Assembly (NCBI GenBank): GCA_015485435.1
Contig: WFTO01000222.1
Span: 1-36,882 of the forward strand
Source of the DNA: Anaerolineae bacterium
GTDB lineage: Bacteria; Chloroflexota; Anaerolineae; J102
Length of the DNA stretch: 36,882 nt
Reading direction: 5' to 3'
The notes below the pieces were generated by a model, which worked only from the letters and a program-made list of their open reading frames with translations, was not told the DNA's origin and searched no databases. Made by a program: the position numbers and the translations under genes. Below, piece after piece: positions 8,858 through 18,952 of this stretch; the first letter of the stretch is position 1, and the number at the start of each line of letters is the position of its first letter.

Positions 8858-9730
8858 ATGACGACCACATTCGCCGGAACGGGCGCTGCACAGCGCCCCA
8901 TTTGGGAAAAGTACCTCACCGATTACAACGAAGGCCTGGGCCTGGTCTACGAACGTTTTGTCCTCAATGATTTTCTTGAGAAGTTGCGACGGGATTTTGA
9001 CCTGAAACGGGTGCTCGAAGCTCCAATTTATGGTATGGCGGGCGTGACTGGCATCAACAGCGTCATGCTGGCTCGGCAGGGCGTCCACGTGACCATGGTC
9101 GACGATATCTCGGACCGCGCCGAGGCGGTGAAACGGATCTGGCGCGAGCTGAATTTGGAGCCTGACCTGCATTTGATATCACCGGACAGCTGGGGCAAGC
9201 TCCCTTTTCAGGATGATACATTCGATCTGACCTGGAATTGGGCGGCATTATGGTATCTGCCAGATCCGGCCGCGTTGTTGCACGAACTGGTGCGCACCAG
9301 CCGCAAGCTCGTTTTTGTGGCGATGCCAAACAATTTACAGGTTGGCTATTGGATGCGAAAGTACGTCCTTGATAAGGATTTCTTTCACACCGTGGATGAG
9401 CGTTGGGTGGACATCGATCGTATCCGATGGCATCTGCGAAATGAAGGAGTAGAGATCATTGATAGCGGGGTTTTGGACGTGCCCCCCTGGCCCGACACGG
9501 TCATGCCAGCCAATGAAGTGCTGAAACGTTTGGGCATTCGCAGCGAGAAATTGGAGGAGCAATTCACCGGAGATAGCTGGGAATGGAATACGATGGCCTA
9601 TTATTTGGGAGAACAACCCGATCTTTACGACCGCGTCATAAAATATGCCTGGTTAGATCAAGTCGCTCTGCCATGGCAGATCAAATCGGTCTGGGCGCAC
9701 CATCGTTGGCTATTAGGTCGAGTTGACTGA
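8858..9730 (+). CDS. Class I SAM-dependent methyltransferase
   Basis: Gly-rich motif I (GMAGVTG), acidic residues after beta2 (VTMVDD), LPFQDDTFD motif and P..LL.EL.R. Confidence 0.7.
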   Translation: MTTTFAGTGAAQRPIWEKYLTDYNEGLGLVYERFVLNDFLEKLRRDFDLKRVLEAPIYGMAGVTGINSVMLARQGVHVTMVDDISDRAEAVKRIWRELNLEPDLHLISPDSWGKLPFQDDTFDLTWNWAALWYLPDPAALLHELVRTSRKLVFVAMPNNLQVGYWMRKYVLDKDFFHTVDERWVDIDRIRWHLRNEGVEIIDSGVLDVPPWPDTVMPANEVLKRLGIRSEKLEEQFTGDSWEWNTMAYYLGEQPDLYDRVIKYAWLDQVALPWQIKSVWAHHRWLLGRVD

Positions 9731-9761
9731 CCCTCTGCAATCCCTTTCTCCCAGTGTGATC

Positions 9762-11207
9762 ATGAACAAGCCAACCACAACATACACATTTGCTGATTTT
9801 CGCGCTCGATATCCAGACTGCGATGGCTTTCAGGTTCTGAATGAGCTGCGCCAACAGGAATATCGGCGCCTGGATCAACAAGGCCATGTCTATTTGGACT
9901 ATACAGGGGGCGGACTGTATCCCGATAAATTGGTTCGCGAACATAGTGAATTCTTGCGAAAAACGGTGTTAGGGAACCCTCATTCACAAAATCCCACTTC
10001 TCTGGCGTCGACCCACCTGATGCAACAGGCGCGTCAGGATGTGCTGCGTTATTTTCGAGCCGATCCACAGGACTATACGGTAATTTTTACAGCCAACGCC
10101 AGCGCCGCCCTGAAGCTTGTAGGCGAGAGTTATCCCTTCCAACCAGGCAGTCATTTTTGTCTTTTGGCCGATAATCACAACTCGGTTCAAGGCATCCGGG
10201 AGTTCGCGCGGCATAAAGGCACTCGGATCACCTATGTGCCGTTGGATCCGCACCGTCTTTGTTGTCCCGACCTACGTCCCTATTTGGAACATTGGGATGC
10301 AGACAAGCCCAACTTGTTTGCCATGCCAGCTCAGTCAAACTTCTCTGGTGTCCAACACCCCTTGACGGCCATCGAACTGGCTCATGAGCTCGGGTATGAT
10401 GTCATTTTAGATGCGGCGGCGTTTGTACCAACGAACCGTTTGGATTTGAGGGTGATCAAGCCCGATTTTGTGCCTATTTCATTTTACAAAATGTTTGGTT
10501 ATCCAACGGGCGTGGGCGCATTGATTGCCCGACGGAGTGCGCTCGCCAAGTTGGTGCGGCCCTGGTTCGGCGGCGGCACAGTGCAATTGGTTTCCACACG
10601 CGCGGATTTACACATCCTGGCCGATGACTACGAAGCCTTTGAAGATGGCACGCCCAATTATCTTCTTCTTCCCGCCATCAGCATGGGGTTGCGCTTGATG
10701 GAATCGTTGGATGCGGATCGTATCCATCGATGGGTTATGGCGCTCACAGGCTATCTGTTAGAAGAGATGCAAGCGTTAAAGCACGACAACGGCGCTCCAT
10801 TGGTTCGAATTTATGGTCCCACAGACACCTCCGCCCGCGGTGGAAGCATCGCCTTTAACCTCATGGATCCCCGAGGTGAATTTTTTCCTTACCAATTGGT
10901 GGAAAAAGAAGCCAATACCCGGAACATCTCCATTCGAGCAGGATGTTTTTGCAATCCGGGCGCGGGTGAATTCAGTTTGGATATCTCAGCCGAGGATGTG
11001 CGGCGTTGCGTGAAGGCAGCGACTGTGGATGGGCAATTTGATGTCAATCGCTATCATGAATGTCTTGGAAGCAAACCGAGCGGCGCGGTGCGCGCTTCCT
11101 TAGGCATGGTGACCAACTTTGAAGATATCGCTTATTTCCTCAACTTTCTTGCCACTTATCTCAATCGCTTCGCGCCCAACATCGCGGCAAAAGCCCCAAC
11201 GTGTTGA
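9762..11207 (+). CDS. Class V PLP enzyme (cysteine-desulfurase fold), molybdenum cofactor sulfurase-like, without a MOSC domain
   Basis: YLDYTG, GNPHS, DNHNSV, QSNFSG, LDAAA, SFYKMFGYPTGVGAL, RAGCFCNPG, GAVRASLG. Start at ATG 9762 or TTG 9723. Confidence 0.8.
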   Translation: MNKPTTTYTFADFRARYPDCDGFQVLNELRQQEYRRLDQQGHVYLDYTGGGLYPDKLVREHSEFLRKTVLGNPHSQNPTSLASTHLMQQARQDVLRYFRADPQDYTVIFTANASAALKLVGESYPFQPGSHFCLLADNHNSVQGIREFARHKGTRITYVPLDPHRLCCPDLRPYLEHWDADKPNLFAMPAQSNFSGVQHPLTAIELAHELGYDVILDAAAFVPTNRLDLRVIKPDFVPISFYKMFGYPTGVGALIARRSALAKLVRPWFGGGTVQLVSTRADLHILADDYEAFEDGTPNYLLLPAISMGLRLMESLDADRIHRWVMALTGYLLEEMQALKHDNGAPLVRIYGPTDTSARGGSIAFNLMDPRGEFFPYQLVEKEANTRNISIRAGCFCNPGAGEFSLDISAEDVRRCVKAATVDGQFDVNRYHECLGSKPSGAVRASLGMVTNFEDIAYFLNFLATYLNRFAPNIAAKAPTC

Positions 11208-11295
11208 TGGTAAAATAAGAGAGTGCGATGACTCAAAGGCCTGAGGTGGATCACCATTGGATCTGACATCAAGCCAGAACGCACCTACGCCTTGG

Positions 11296-12633
11296 TCAAT
11301 CCTGGACGCGTTCTTCTAACGAAGCCAGTGAATATTCCAGCTGCGCCAGAGCGTCGCGAAGGTTTTCGGTAGGGCGTGCAGGGGAGTATTGAGGCGAGCG
11401 CTGTTTGCGTCGAAAGCGTAGACGCCGTTCTCCCTTCTCCAACGTTTTGCGGACCACGTCGATATCGAAGTTGGCTTTGCGCATTGCATCCAACTCCTCC
11501 GCCACAAGGCGGCGCGTAATGGGGATGCCATGGCGGGCGAGGATGGCCTTCAACTCGCGATATTGGTTTTCCAGATCCAGGGTCACCGATCGGTATCCGT
11601 GTTGTGCGATGGTGACGCGAGCGGAATAGCGCATGATGTTGTAAAAAGCCATTTCGAAATCGGTGGGGCGAGGTTCGATCAGGATAATATCGATATCGGG
11701 ATAACGACGACGCAGTTGTTTAATGTGATACGCCAAGCCACTACGCATGGAAATCCGCATGAATTGAGAGAGAACCGCCTGTGCCCCCTTTTCGCTGATG
11801 AACTGACCATCTTCTCCGAGCAAAGGGATAGATTTCTTTTGGCTATTGTCAATAGGCACCAGGGGATTAATGCAAACAATCAATCGGGCACCGGCTTCGA
11901 TGGCGATGTCGAGACTGGCGTTGCCACGTACTGCACCATCCACAAATTCCTGATCGCCAATCCGCACAGGACGATACAGCAACGGAACGGCACTGGAGGC
12001 GGCGATGGCTTTGCTGATGGGGACATGTTCCCAACCTGGCGCGCCGAACACAACGCGTTTTCCAGTGTCCAGATCCGTAGCGATCACATAAAGTTCGCGC
12101 TCCACATCGCGAAAATCATCACTGAGCCCATACTCCTTCCATAACCCCTGGACAAACTGTTCCAGCACGCGATTATCGTAGAGGCCAGAAGGTAGTGCTT
12201 CGGTTAATGACCAAAGGACATCAAACAAATTCATATCATTTCGATGTCGCAGATAATGCGAGAGGGCGTTTTTGATGGTTTTGGGGAAGCGAACGCCTTT
12301 GCGTATAAATTCATGGGTGTTCAGGGCAAAAAGATGACGGGGTAAAATGCGCGACGCCCCTGGTTCGGCGCCATCAAGAGCGCGCATCATCTCCGATGGC
12401 GTGATGCCTCGGGCCAGCATGCTACCGACAAGCGCCCCGGCGCTGGTCCCCACGATGATGTCAAAATCGTTGACCGTACGGTCTAAAAGCATGGCGTCGA
12501 TGGCTCGCAAGGCGCCCACTTCGTAAACCGCGCCCGTTAACCCCCCACCAGCCAGCACAATCGCTGTCTTCGATGGTTCGGTATGGGGTAAATTTTCGAT
12601 GAATTCTGGTTGATATCCAGTAATGATGGACAT
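11296..12633 (-). CDS. Patatin-like phospholipase/esterase, candidate PHA depolymerase
   Basis: AGGGLTG oxyanion loop, GTSAG nucleophile, ASSAVP and DGA catalytic Asp. Confidence 0.88.
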   Translation of the reverse strand: MSIITGYQPEFIENLPHTEPSKTAIVLAGGGLTGAVYEVGALRAIDAMLLDRTVNDFDIIVGTSAGALVGSMLARGITPSEMMRALDGAEPGASRILPRHLFALNTHEFIRKGVRFPKTIKNALSHYLRHRNDMNLFDVLWSLTEALPSGLYDNRVLEQFVQGLWKEYGLSDDFRDVERELYVIATDLDTGKRVVFGAPGWEHVPISKAIAASSAVPLLYRPVRIGDQEFVDGAVRGNASLDIAIEAGARLIVCINPLVPIDNSQKKSIPLLGEDGQFISEKGAQAVLSQFMRISMRSGLAYHIKQLRRRYPDIDIILIEPRPTDFEMAFYNIMRYSARVTIAQHGYRSVTLDLENQYRELKAILARHGIPITRRLVAEELDAMRKANFDIDVVRKTLEKGERRLRFRRKQRSPQYSPARPTENLRDALAQLEYSLASLEERVQD

Positions 12634-12649
12634 GATATCCAGGACTTTG

Positions 12650-13273
12650 TCAAGAGGAGGATGCTGTGCCCGAATTCGCCTGGGAGCTGGAATCGTCGTG
12701 ATGGTTTGGGGGCGAATCCCTCCCCTCAGTCACTTCGAGGAGTTTGTCAACGCTGGCCATCAGCTTTTCAACCTGGCTTTCCAAGGTTTTGATATCTTCA
12801 TGTGTGGGAACGTTGAGCTTATTCAAGGCGGCATCTAGCTTGATGTCGGGCAAGAGCCCTTTGGCCGTTGCGGCTGCACCTCCGTAAAGTTCCTTGCGCA
12901 GACGATCCGCTTCTTCTTGTGCAAGTTCACCTTTAGCAACCAACGCTTCAATGCGATGATCGATTTCCTCTTCTAGAAGATGCAAAACGTTGATGGAAGA
13001 CGAAACAGACTTTTTGAGGTAGTCGATGGGCGCGCTTCCGGTTCGAATTAAGGCGGTGAGGATTGACTTGGGCAAAAAGCCCGAACGTTTTTTCTCCCGT
13101 TCAAAAATAATTTGCGACAGGGTGATGCTGGTAAGATCCTCACCCGATTCATGATCAATCACCTGGATATCTTCACCCTGTTGAATCATCATGGCGATAT
13201 CATCTAGCGTGACATACCGTTTGCTGGCCAGATCGTATAATTTTCGGTTGGGATAGCGTTTAATGGTTCGCAT
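12650..13273 (-). CDS. PHA synthesis regulator (PhaR-type N-terminal DNA-binding domain) with a phasin-like C-terminus
   Basis: IKRYPNRKLYD...YVTL...GEDLT..TL.QII PhaR signature; C-terminal LVAKGEL...LNVPTHEDI..LE..V resembles granule-associated proteins; GAAAGGA RBS at 13284-13290. Confidence 0.85.
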   Translation of the reverse strand: MRTIKRYPNRKLYDLASKRYVTLDDIAMMIQQGEDIQVIDHESGEDLTSITLSQIIFEREKKRSGFLPKSILTALIRTGSAPIDYLKKSVSSSINVLHLLEEEIDHRIEALVAKGELAQEEADRLRKELYGGAAATAKGLLPDIKLDAALNKLNVPTHEDIKTLESQVEKLMASVDKLLEVTEGRDSPPNHHDDSSSQANSGTASSS

Positions 13274-13310
13274 ATGGCCCGGGTCCTTTCGTTGCAGGGA
13301 GGTTTTTCTC

Positions 13311-13340
13311 ATTATAGGCAGGCATGCCGCGTTGTGTCAA
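13311..13340 (-). promoter_or_regulatory. Consensus sigma70 promoter of the phaR-like/patatin operon
   Basis: Minus strand TTGACA (13340-13335), 18 bp, TATAAT (13316-13311). Confidence 0.8.
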
Positions 13341-13986
13341 CTCTATCGATGTCAAGAAGGGAAAAACAAAGCATTGCCAATGCAACAAATAGTAACACCC
13401 GACCGGCGCACAAGTTCCTCTGACAACATTGCCTCGACACAAAAAATGATCGTACGCTCGCGCCAAACAGGGGCATAAGGGACTTCATTTATCCGCCCGC
13501 CATGGATATGCGTCGCCACTCAGTTTGCGGCATTCGGAACAAGGAACACTGGGGGCAGCATGTTCTCGTAATCATCTATGCGTCCAGTCTGCCCTTTCTC
13601 AAATAACCCTTTTCCTCGATAGACCTATTTGTGACCGTGCCCCCGTCATTGTCACTGCAAAGTCACTATAACCCCATTCCGCGACTAACGTCTGCACCCG
13701 TTCTAAGAATCTGGACACGATGGATTTTCATTCGCATCGGCCTGGACAAGCCCGCCATTGAAATGTTCTAAAAATTGAATGAATAGCACGCTGATGACGC
13801 AGAGTAGAAAGGGAAAATAAGAAAAAATCTGCGAAAACACAGTCCGTTGCATCTACGTCATCAGCGTTCCCATGGTCATCGGTATCGACGCATCACGCCT
13901 CAGTCGGACCCACGTCCCACCACTGAATCCACGTTCTTACTGCCACGAGATGATCCTTGCGCCATGATTGTCCGTTGCAACGCTCA

Positions 13987-14586
13987 TCAATCCTCCGTCA
14001 ATAAGCCCAACACCAGAGAGCGGGTGAGTGTTCCCAACAGACGATAGTGGGAGGTGCTGGCATTTTCGGCGAGCTGACGACCAAAATCGGGCAGCCAACG
14101 AGCGAGATGATTGCGGATGAAATACTGCAAAGCACTCTCAACAGCGGGATCTGGGACGTTGGCATTGGTGCGCAGCAACGCGCTCAGACAGGCCAGCTCC
14201 ACACCTGCATGATCCGGCGCATCCAAATGCAGCCAGTGTTCATCCATATGCAAAGTGGCAGGATCGAAACTCACAGACGCGTAAAAGGCGGCCACCTGAT
14301 GGGTGATGGGGCCCCATAGACGGCGGGTGCGCTGAGCCGATTCGTAAGGAGGTAGATAGCGCCCCGAAACAGGCACGAAAAAAAGCGCGTCGTAATCCGC
14401 CCTCAAGTCGGGCAAAGGGTCCGCCTCGTTTGAGAAATCATCAGTGAGGCCCAGCCCCTCATGCAACACTCCGATGGCCTCCGTGAAAGCGATCGTCAGT
14501 CTGCCATTGGGGCGATGAAGATACATGGCAGCCAGCATATCCGCGGCCCGAGCGTAAAAACGTTGTTCGTGTTGATTCATAGTCAT
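13987..14586 (-). CDS. TorD/DmsD-family molybdoenzyme maturation chaperone
   Basis: Y..LF, PPYES, PDH.GVEL and F...HL..W motifs; follows the molybdoenzyme gene. Start codon uncertain (14580, 14586 or 14595). Confidence 0.85.
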   Translation of the reverse strand: MTMNQHEQRFYARAADMLAAMYLHRPNGRLTIAFTEAIGVLHEGLGLTDDFSNEADPLPDLRADYDALFFVPVSGRYLPPYESAQRTRRLWGPITHQVAAFYASVSFDPATLHMDEHWLHLDAPDHAGVELACLSALLRTNANVPDPAVESALQYFIRNHLARWLPDFGRQLAENASTSHYRLLGTLTRSLVLGLLTED

Positions 14587-14599
14587 GAGAACCATCGAG

Positions 14600-14648
14600 G
14601 CCAGGCCGCCAGACTCTGCCAACCAGCAGAGTCGCGAGGCGGCCTGGC
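14600..14648. repeat. Strong GC-rich inverted repeat between ttrA and the chaperone gene
   Basis: GCCAGGCCGCC/GGCGGCCTGGC outer stem and GACTCTGC/GCAGAGTC inner stem. Confidence 0.75.
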
Positions 14649-14657
14649 GTAAAGGGA

Positions 14658-17600
14658 TCAGATTTTTTCGACTTTGACGGGGATTGCCTGTCGAGCATTG
14701 GAGCCGACCACAAAGTCAGCCAGGGTGGAAAATCCTTTCCGCGAGGGATCGGCAATGCCCAGGAGGTTGCTGGCGACGCCTTTGCCTCGCAAACCGCTGG
14801 CGTGCCACACTTTGTTCTCAATGGTCTCATCTCGGGCTCCCAGTCCCCAGTGACCATAGCCATGTTCAATGCCCACAGTACCGGGCCGAATGCCTTTGCG
14901 CACCGAAATCACACCTTCGACGCTGCCGCCAGGACTGGTGACCCGCACCCGATCGCCGCTACGCAAACCAAGCTTGATCGCATCACTTTGATGCATGACG
15001 ATGGCATTGCTGGGTTGTAATGCGGAAAGTCGTGGCGCACCTATGGACGGCGGAGACATCAATTGCGATTTTGTGGAGACCATTTTGAAGGGCCATTCCG
15101 AAGGAGGATACACTTCATCGATGGGGGTCTCATCAGCGAAAACAGGCTCTCGCCAGGTGGGAACGCCGACGAAGCGTTTACCGTTCATGCTGTTACGAGT
15201 CGTGCCCAATTTCTCATTGTAAATTTGTAGGGGTTTGCCGTAGCGATGAGTGAGCCAGTCACCTTGATACGCGTACTTTTCATCCTCAAAACGACCGCCA
15301 CGAGCCAGCACGTAAGCAACCTTGCGCTGTTCTTCCGGCTTGAGCACTGAAGTGATCTTGTCCCATATGCGCTCCACCCCCGTGAGCTGAAGTTCTTCAT
15401 CTGAAATATCGGGGACGGGTTCTTTGTCGAAGGCGGTATTGGCCGTAATACGCAGGAACCAATCTTCGGGATGGTTGAGTGGATGCAGGTTGCCATCCGC
15501 ATCAGGGATGGCGTCATCACCGAATCCAGGTAGCCCCATCTTCCTGGCTAGGGCGATGAGAAAGCTTTCCATACAAATGGGATCGCCATCAGGGGTTTTG
15601 GCCAGCGGGGGTTCCACCACGGGCCAGCGCACTGAATTCACCTTGGTGAGATACGCGGCCCAAGGATGCGCGTTGCCCCAGGTTTCGTAGAGCACCGTGT
15701 CAGGGACAATGTAATCGGCATAGGCGCTGGTCTCGTTGATGAAGGGATCGATGGCAATGATTAGGGGAATGATTTTGGGGTCAGCCATGGCTTTTTTGGC
15801 GCTCTCAAACAGGCCCGATTGCCCATAGAAGGGATTCGTGTTCCAAAAGATCATGGCTTTGATGGGATAAGGGTAGCCGCTGAGCGCGCCGTTGAGATAT
15901 TCGGGCTGGATAGCCATAGAGAATGGATACCAGGGCGCTTGTGCGGGATAAGGGTTTTGTCCTGCATCCTTTTTTCTCTTGAACTCGGTTGTTTTCTCAT
16001 AAGGAAAGCCACGACGACTGATGCGCACACCTTTGGGTTTGACTTTGCCCTCGAATTTGACCAGATTGTAGCGCGGTTTGGGCCCAAGATCTGCATAATG
16101 TCCGCCTCCAGCGCTGGTTCCACCCTTCCAGTTGAGATTACCGACCAGAGCATTGAGCATAACGATGGCGTAGGCGGTGTAAAATCCGGTGCTGTGCATG
16201 GTGCCCCCGTGGCAGTCAGCCACTGCTTTGCGACCATGGCTGGTGAATTCGTCGGCCAATTCCTCGATGGTTTCTACGGGGATGCCGCATCCGGCGCTGT
16301 ATTCTTCCAACGTACGGGAAAAGGCTTCTTCTTTTAACAGCTGCAGGCTGGTTTTCACAGCGACGTTTTCGCCGTTGATCGCCACAACGCCATCGTAAAA
16401 GAGGAGGGCAGGACCTGTGGCGTTGGCGTGGGCGACAGGCTGTCCGCTAGCTTCGTCAATAACCACAAAAGTGTCATTTTCCCCCTCTTCGGCCAGCCCC
16501 ACCTGTGATCCGCGCAAGAATTTTCCGAAATCCGGTCGATCCTCGTCCACGATGACCAGATGGGTGGCATTGGACCAGCTAGGCTCACCCGCAGCTTTGG
16601 CAGCATCTGCGTTGGGTTGGGCCAGGAAATGCGCATTATACCGTTCGTTCTCCAATATCCAACGGATCATACCCATGGCCAGAGCTGCATCGGTGCCTGG
16701 CTTCACCGGCACCCAGCGGCTGCGCGCCCCTGCAGCAATACTATCAGCATTGGTCAACACCGGATCCACCACTACATAGGTGAGCTTGCCGTCGCTTCGT
16801 CCCTCGGCCACCATCTTGCCCGAACGTTTGAAGGGGTTGCCGGCGTTGGCGGGCGCCGTGCCGATGGTGAGCAAAAATTCGGTGTTCTTGAAATCGGGTT
16901 TGAGATGAGGATACTTCTTCCAATCATCCAGCAATGCGGCATAGCCCGCTCGCATGGAAAGACCGCAATTGCCACGATGCCCCGTGAAATTGATGCTGCC
17001 AAAAGAAAGCACAGAGAAGCGTTTGGCCAATCCCAATCGTCCTTCCTTGAAACCAGCGATGAAGGCGAGTTGATTGGCTTTAGGGCCCAACTCCGGCGCT
17101 TCAGGGTCGATAGGGGTCTCCAGGTCGCGAATGGCGCGTAAACCATCCACATGGCCTTCGCCAAACAGATCGCCACCTTCGACCACCTCTTCCAGCAGCT
17201 GCTCGAAGGAGATAGGTTGCCATTGGCCGCTGCCGCGTGGTCCCACTCGTTTGAGCGGTGTCAGCACCCGATAGGGATCATAGAGTTTGTCCAATACGGC
17301 GTTGCCCCGCCCACATGCGGTGGAACGATGCTTCATGCCCTTATCCTGGTAGGCGCTAAGCATCAGGTAACTTTCTTTGATGGGGGTCTGGTAATCTAAG
17401 AAGGGGTCAGCGGAGAGGATATGATAGGGATTGCCGCTGACGCGCAACACTTTACCTGTCTGTTTGTCCACTCGTACGCGCACACCGCACAGCGTCGTGC
17501 AACCAACGCACACCGTATTGGCCAGATATTGATCTGGGTTGGGAGTCACCTTGCCCGTCTGTCGGTCTACGGTGAATTCCGGCTTGGGCGCATTTCCCGC

Positions 17601-17738
17601 CAGGGGGTCCAGAGGGTGAGCGCCAGCCCACCAGCCCTTACTGATGCCCTTAAGCGTGCTGGCATAGCCTGCACCAAACACTGTGAGCGCACCAGCAGCG
17701 CCCAACGCTTTGAAGAAATCACGTCGATTAAGAGTCAT
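14658..17738 (-). CDS. ttrA: Tetrathionate reductase subunit A-like molybdopterin oxidoreductase (TtrA/SrdA clade)
   Basis: Tat signal NRRDFFK, FS0 motif CVGCTTLC...STACGRG, PLKRVGPRG, HRGNCG (likely Cys Mo ligand), ADYIVPD and HGYGH; 1026 aa. Confidence 0.85.
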   Translation of the reverse strand: MTLNRRDFFKALGAAGALTVFGAGYASTLKGISKGWWAGAHPLDPLAGNAPKPEFTVDRQTGKVTPNPDQYLANTVCVGCTTLCGVRVRVDKQTGKVLRVSGNPYHILSADPFLDYQTPIKESYLMLSAYQDKGMKHRSTACGRGNAVLDKLYDPYRVLTPLKRVGPRGSGQWQPISFEQLLEEVVEGGDLFGEGHVDGLRAIRDLETPIDPEAPELGPKANQLAFIAGFKEGRLGLAKRFSVLSFGSINFTGHRGNCGLSMRAGYAALLDDWKKYPHLKPDFKNTEFLLTIGTAPANAGNPFKRSGKMVAEGRSDGKLTYVVVDPVLTNADSIAAGARSRWVPVKPGTDAALAMGMIRWILENERYNAHFLAQPNADAAKAAGEPSWSNATHLVIVDEDRPDFGKFLRGSQVGLAEEGENDTFVVIDEASGQPVAHANATGPALLFYDGVVAINGENVAVKTSLQLLKEEAFSRTLEEYSAGCGIPVETIEELADEFTSHGRKAVADCHGGTMHSTGFYTAYAIVMLNALVGNLNWKGGTSAGGGHYADLGPKPRYNLVKFEGKVKPKGVRISRRGFPYEKTTEFKRKKDAGQNPYPAQAPWYPFSMAIQPEYLNGALSGYPYPIKAMIFWNTNPFYGQSGLFESAKKAMADPKIIPLIIAIDPFINETSAYADYIVPDTVLYETWGNAHPWAAYLTKVNSVRWPVVEPPLAKTPDGDPICMESFLIALARKMGLPGFGDDAIPDADGNLHPLNHPEDWFLRITANTAFDKEPVPDISDEELQLTGVERIWDKITSVLKPEEQRKVAYVLARGGRFEDEKYAYQGDWLTHRYGKPLQIYNEKLGTTRNSMNGKRFVGVPTWREPVFADETPIDEVYPPSEWPFKMVSTKSQLMSPPSIGAPRLSALQPSNAIVMHQSDAIKLGLRSGDRVRVTSPGGSVEGVISVRKGIRPGTVGIEHGYGHWGLGARDETIENKVWHASGLRGKGVASNLLGIADPSRKGFSTLADFVVGSNARQAIPVKVEKI

Positions 17739-18952
17739 TGTACGCCTCCTTTGGGCAAAACAACAACTTGATCTTGAGCATCGAAAGCATCGTTTACAAC
17801 GTCATCTTCCGGTTCAGCCGCATCATAGTTGCGCCACGGCAAGAACCAGGTAAAAAGAATAAAAAGGAAAAGCCAGAACGCCCAGTTAGAAATCACCTGC
17901 ATTACCCCTTTGCTACCCCAAAATTCGGGGTGATATTGGTAAAACCCGGCTGTGGTCTTGGGAATCTCCTGACCCCCAATAACCGTGTCCCACCGAAACA
18001 ACCACACACCAGCGATGGTGACCAGCGCCGAAAGTATGAGGAGGGGACGGATGCGACGCAAGCGAGGAATGAGCATCACAAGGGCAGGGATCATCAGGGA
18101 AAGCACAATCTCAATAAGCACAGTCTCCGTGAAGCGCTCCCTAAACATGAAGCGGATGACCTCCAGATAGGAGCCATAGGAATAAAAGAAACCAATGCTA
18201 TACCAAAAGAGACGGATGGTAAGGTCGGTGATGATAGTCCAGCCCAACAATACGGCTAAGCGGTCGATGAGAGTCCAGTTAATGCGACCCTTCTCATTCC
18301 GCACCATAAGCCAGGTCAAAACCAACATAAAAGCGATACCGCTGACCATAGCCGATACCAGAAAGATAAGGGGCATAAGCGGAGTGTGCCACAAAGGCCG
18401 GGCCCGCACCACGCCCAGTATGTAGCCAGTGTAGCCATGCACCGCGATGGCGAAGGGAATGCCGATGGCTCCCAAAATGTAACTCCATTTGTGATCCCGT
18501 TTTTCGGTTTCGGATGTCACCTCATGAGAGCCCAGGGCCAGGAACGCATAGAATTTTTGTTTGCTGCCAGAAGCTTGCTGGGCTTTGCGGGCAAAACCGG
18601 CCCGAAATGCGTAGACGCCTTCCAGTGCGATAAGCAATGGATATGTCGTCAATAAAAAGACACCCCAACTCATAGGCGATGTGACATGGGTGTGATAAAA
18701 CAGGGAATAAAAACGCCCCTGCTGCTCCAAATCAGCGATCAGATTCAATGGAGCGGCTATCAGCACCGTAAAGGCCACGATGAGTGAGAGTTTGGCAATA
18801 GGACGATAGTGCTCATCGCCGAAGACATAGGTGAGGGCAGAAATGAGAAATGCGGCCGCACTCAGACCCGTAAAAAAGAAGTATTGGGGAATGGCTAAGC
18901 TCCAATCAACGCCATGGAGTGCGTTGATGATTTCAATAATGTACGGATTCAT
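17735..18952 (-). CDS. ttrC: NrfD/PsrC-family membrane anchor (TtrC-like)
   Basis: YFFFTGLSA, DL.Q.GRF, TSPMSWG, YTGYIL...RPLWHT and multiple TM helices; ATGA overlaps with both neighbours. Confidence 0.8.
   Translation of the reverse strand: MNPYIIEIINALHGVDWSLAIPQYFFFTGLSAAAFLISALTYVFGDEHYRPIAKLSLIVAFTVLIAAPLNLIADLEQQGRFYSLFYHTHVTSPMSWGVFLLTTYPLLIALEGVYAFRAGFARKAQQASGSKQKFYAFLALGSHEVTSETEKRDHKWSYILGAIGIPFAIAVHGYTGYILGVVRARPLWHTPLMPLIFLVSAMVSGIAFMLVLTWLMVRNEKGRINWTLIDRLAVLLGWTIITDLTIRLFWYSIGFFYSYGSYLEVIRFMFRERFTETVLIEIVLSLMIPALVMLIPRLRRIRPLLILSALVTIAGVWLFRWDTVIGGQEIPKTTAGFYQYHPEFWGSKGVMQVISNWAFWLFLFILFTWFLPWRNYDAAEPEDDVVNDAFDAQDQVVVLPKGGVQ

Noticed and set aside
13274-13312. Longer N-terminus for the PhaR-like protein from the ORF track
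   Set aside because: That ATG overlaps the -10 box, and the RBS supports the start at 13273. Similar over-extended starts were trimmed for rlmB, the response regulator, the binding protein, the first ATPase and the racemase.
13341-13986. Riboswitch or ncRNA in the ~650-bp gap between the chaperone and phaR-like genes
   Set aside because: No recognisable aptamer consensus, long stem or repeat found by eye; an Rfam scan would be needed.
14658-17738. Selenocysteine or frameshift recoding in the molybdoenzyme
   Set aside because: The ORF is continuous and full length with Cys at the expected ligand position and no in-frame TGA.
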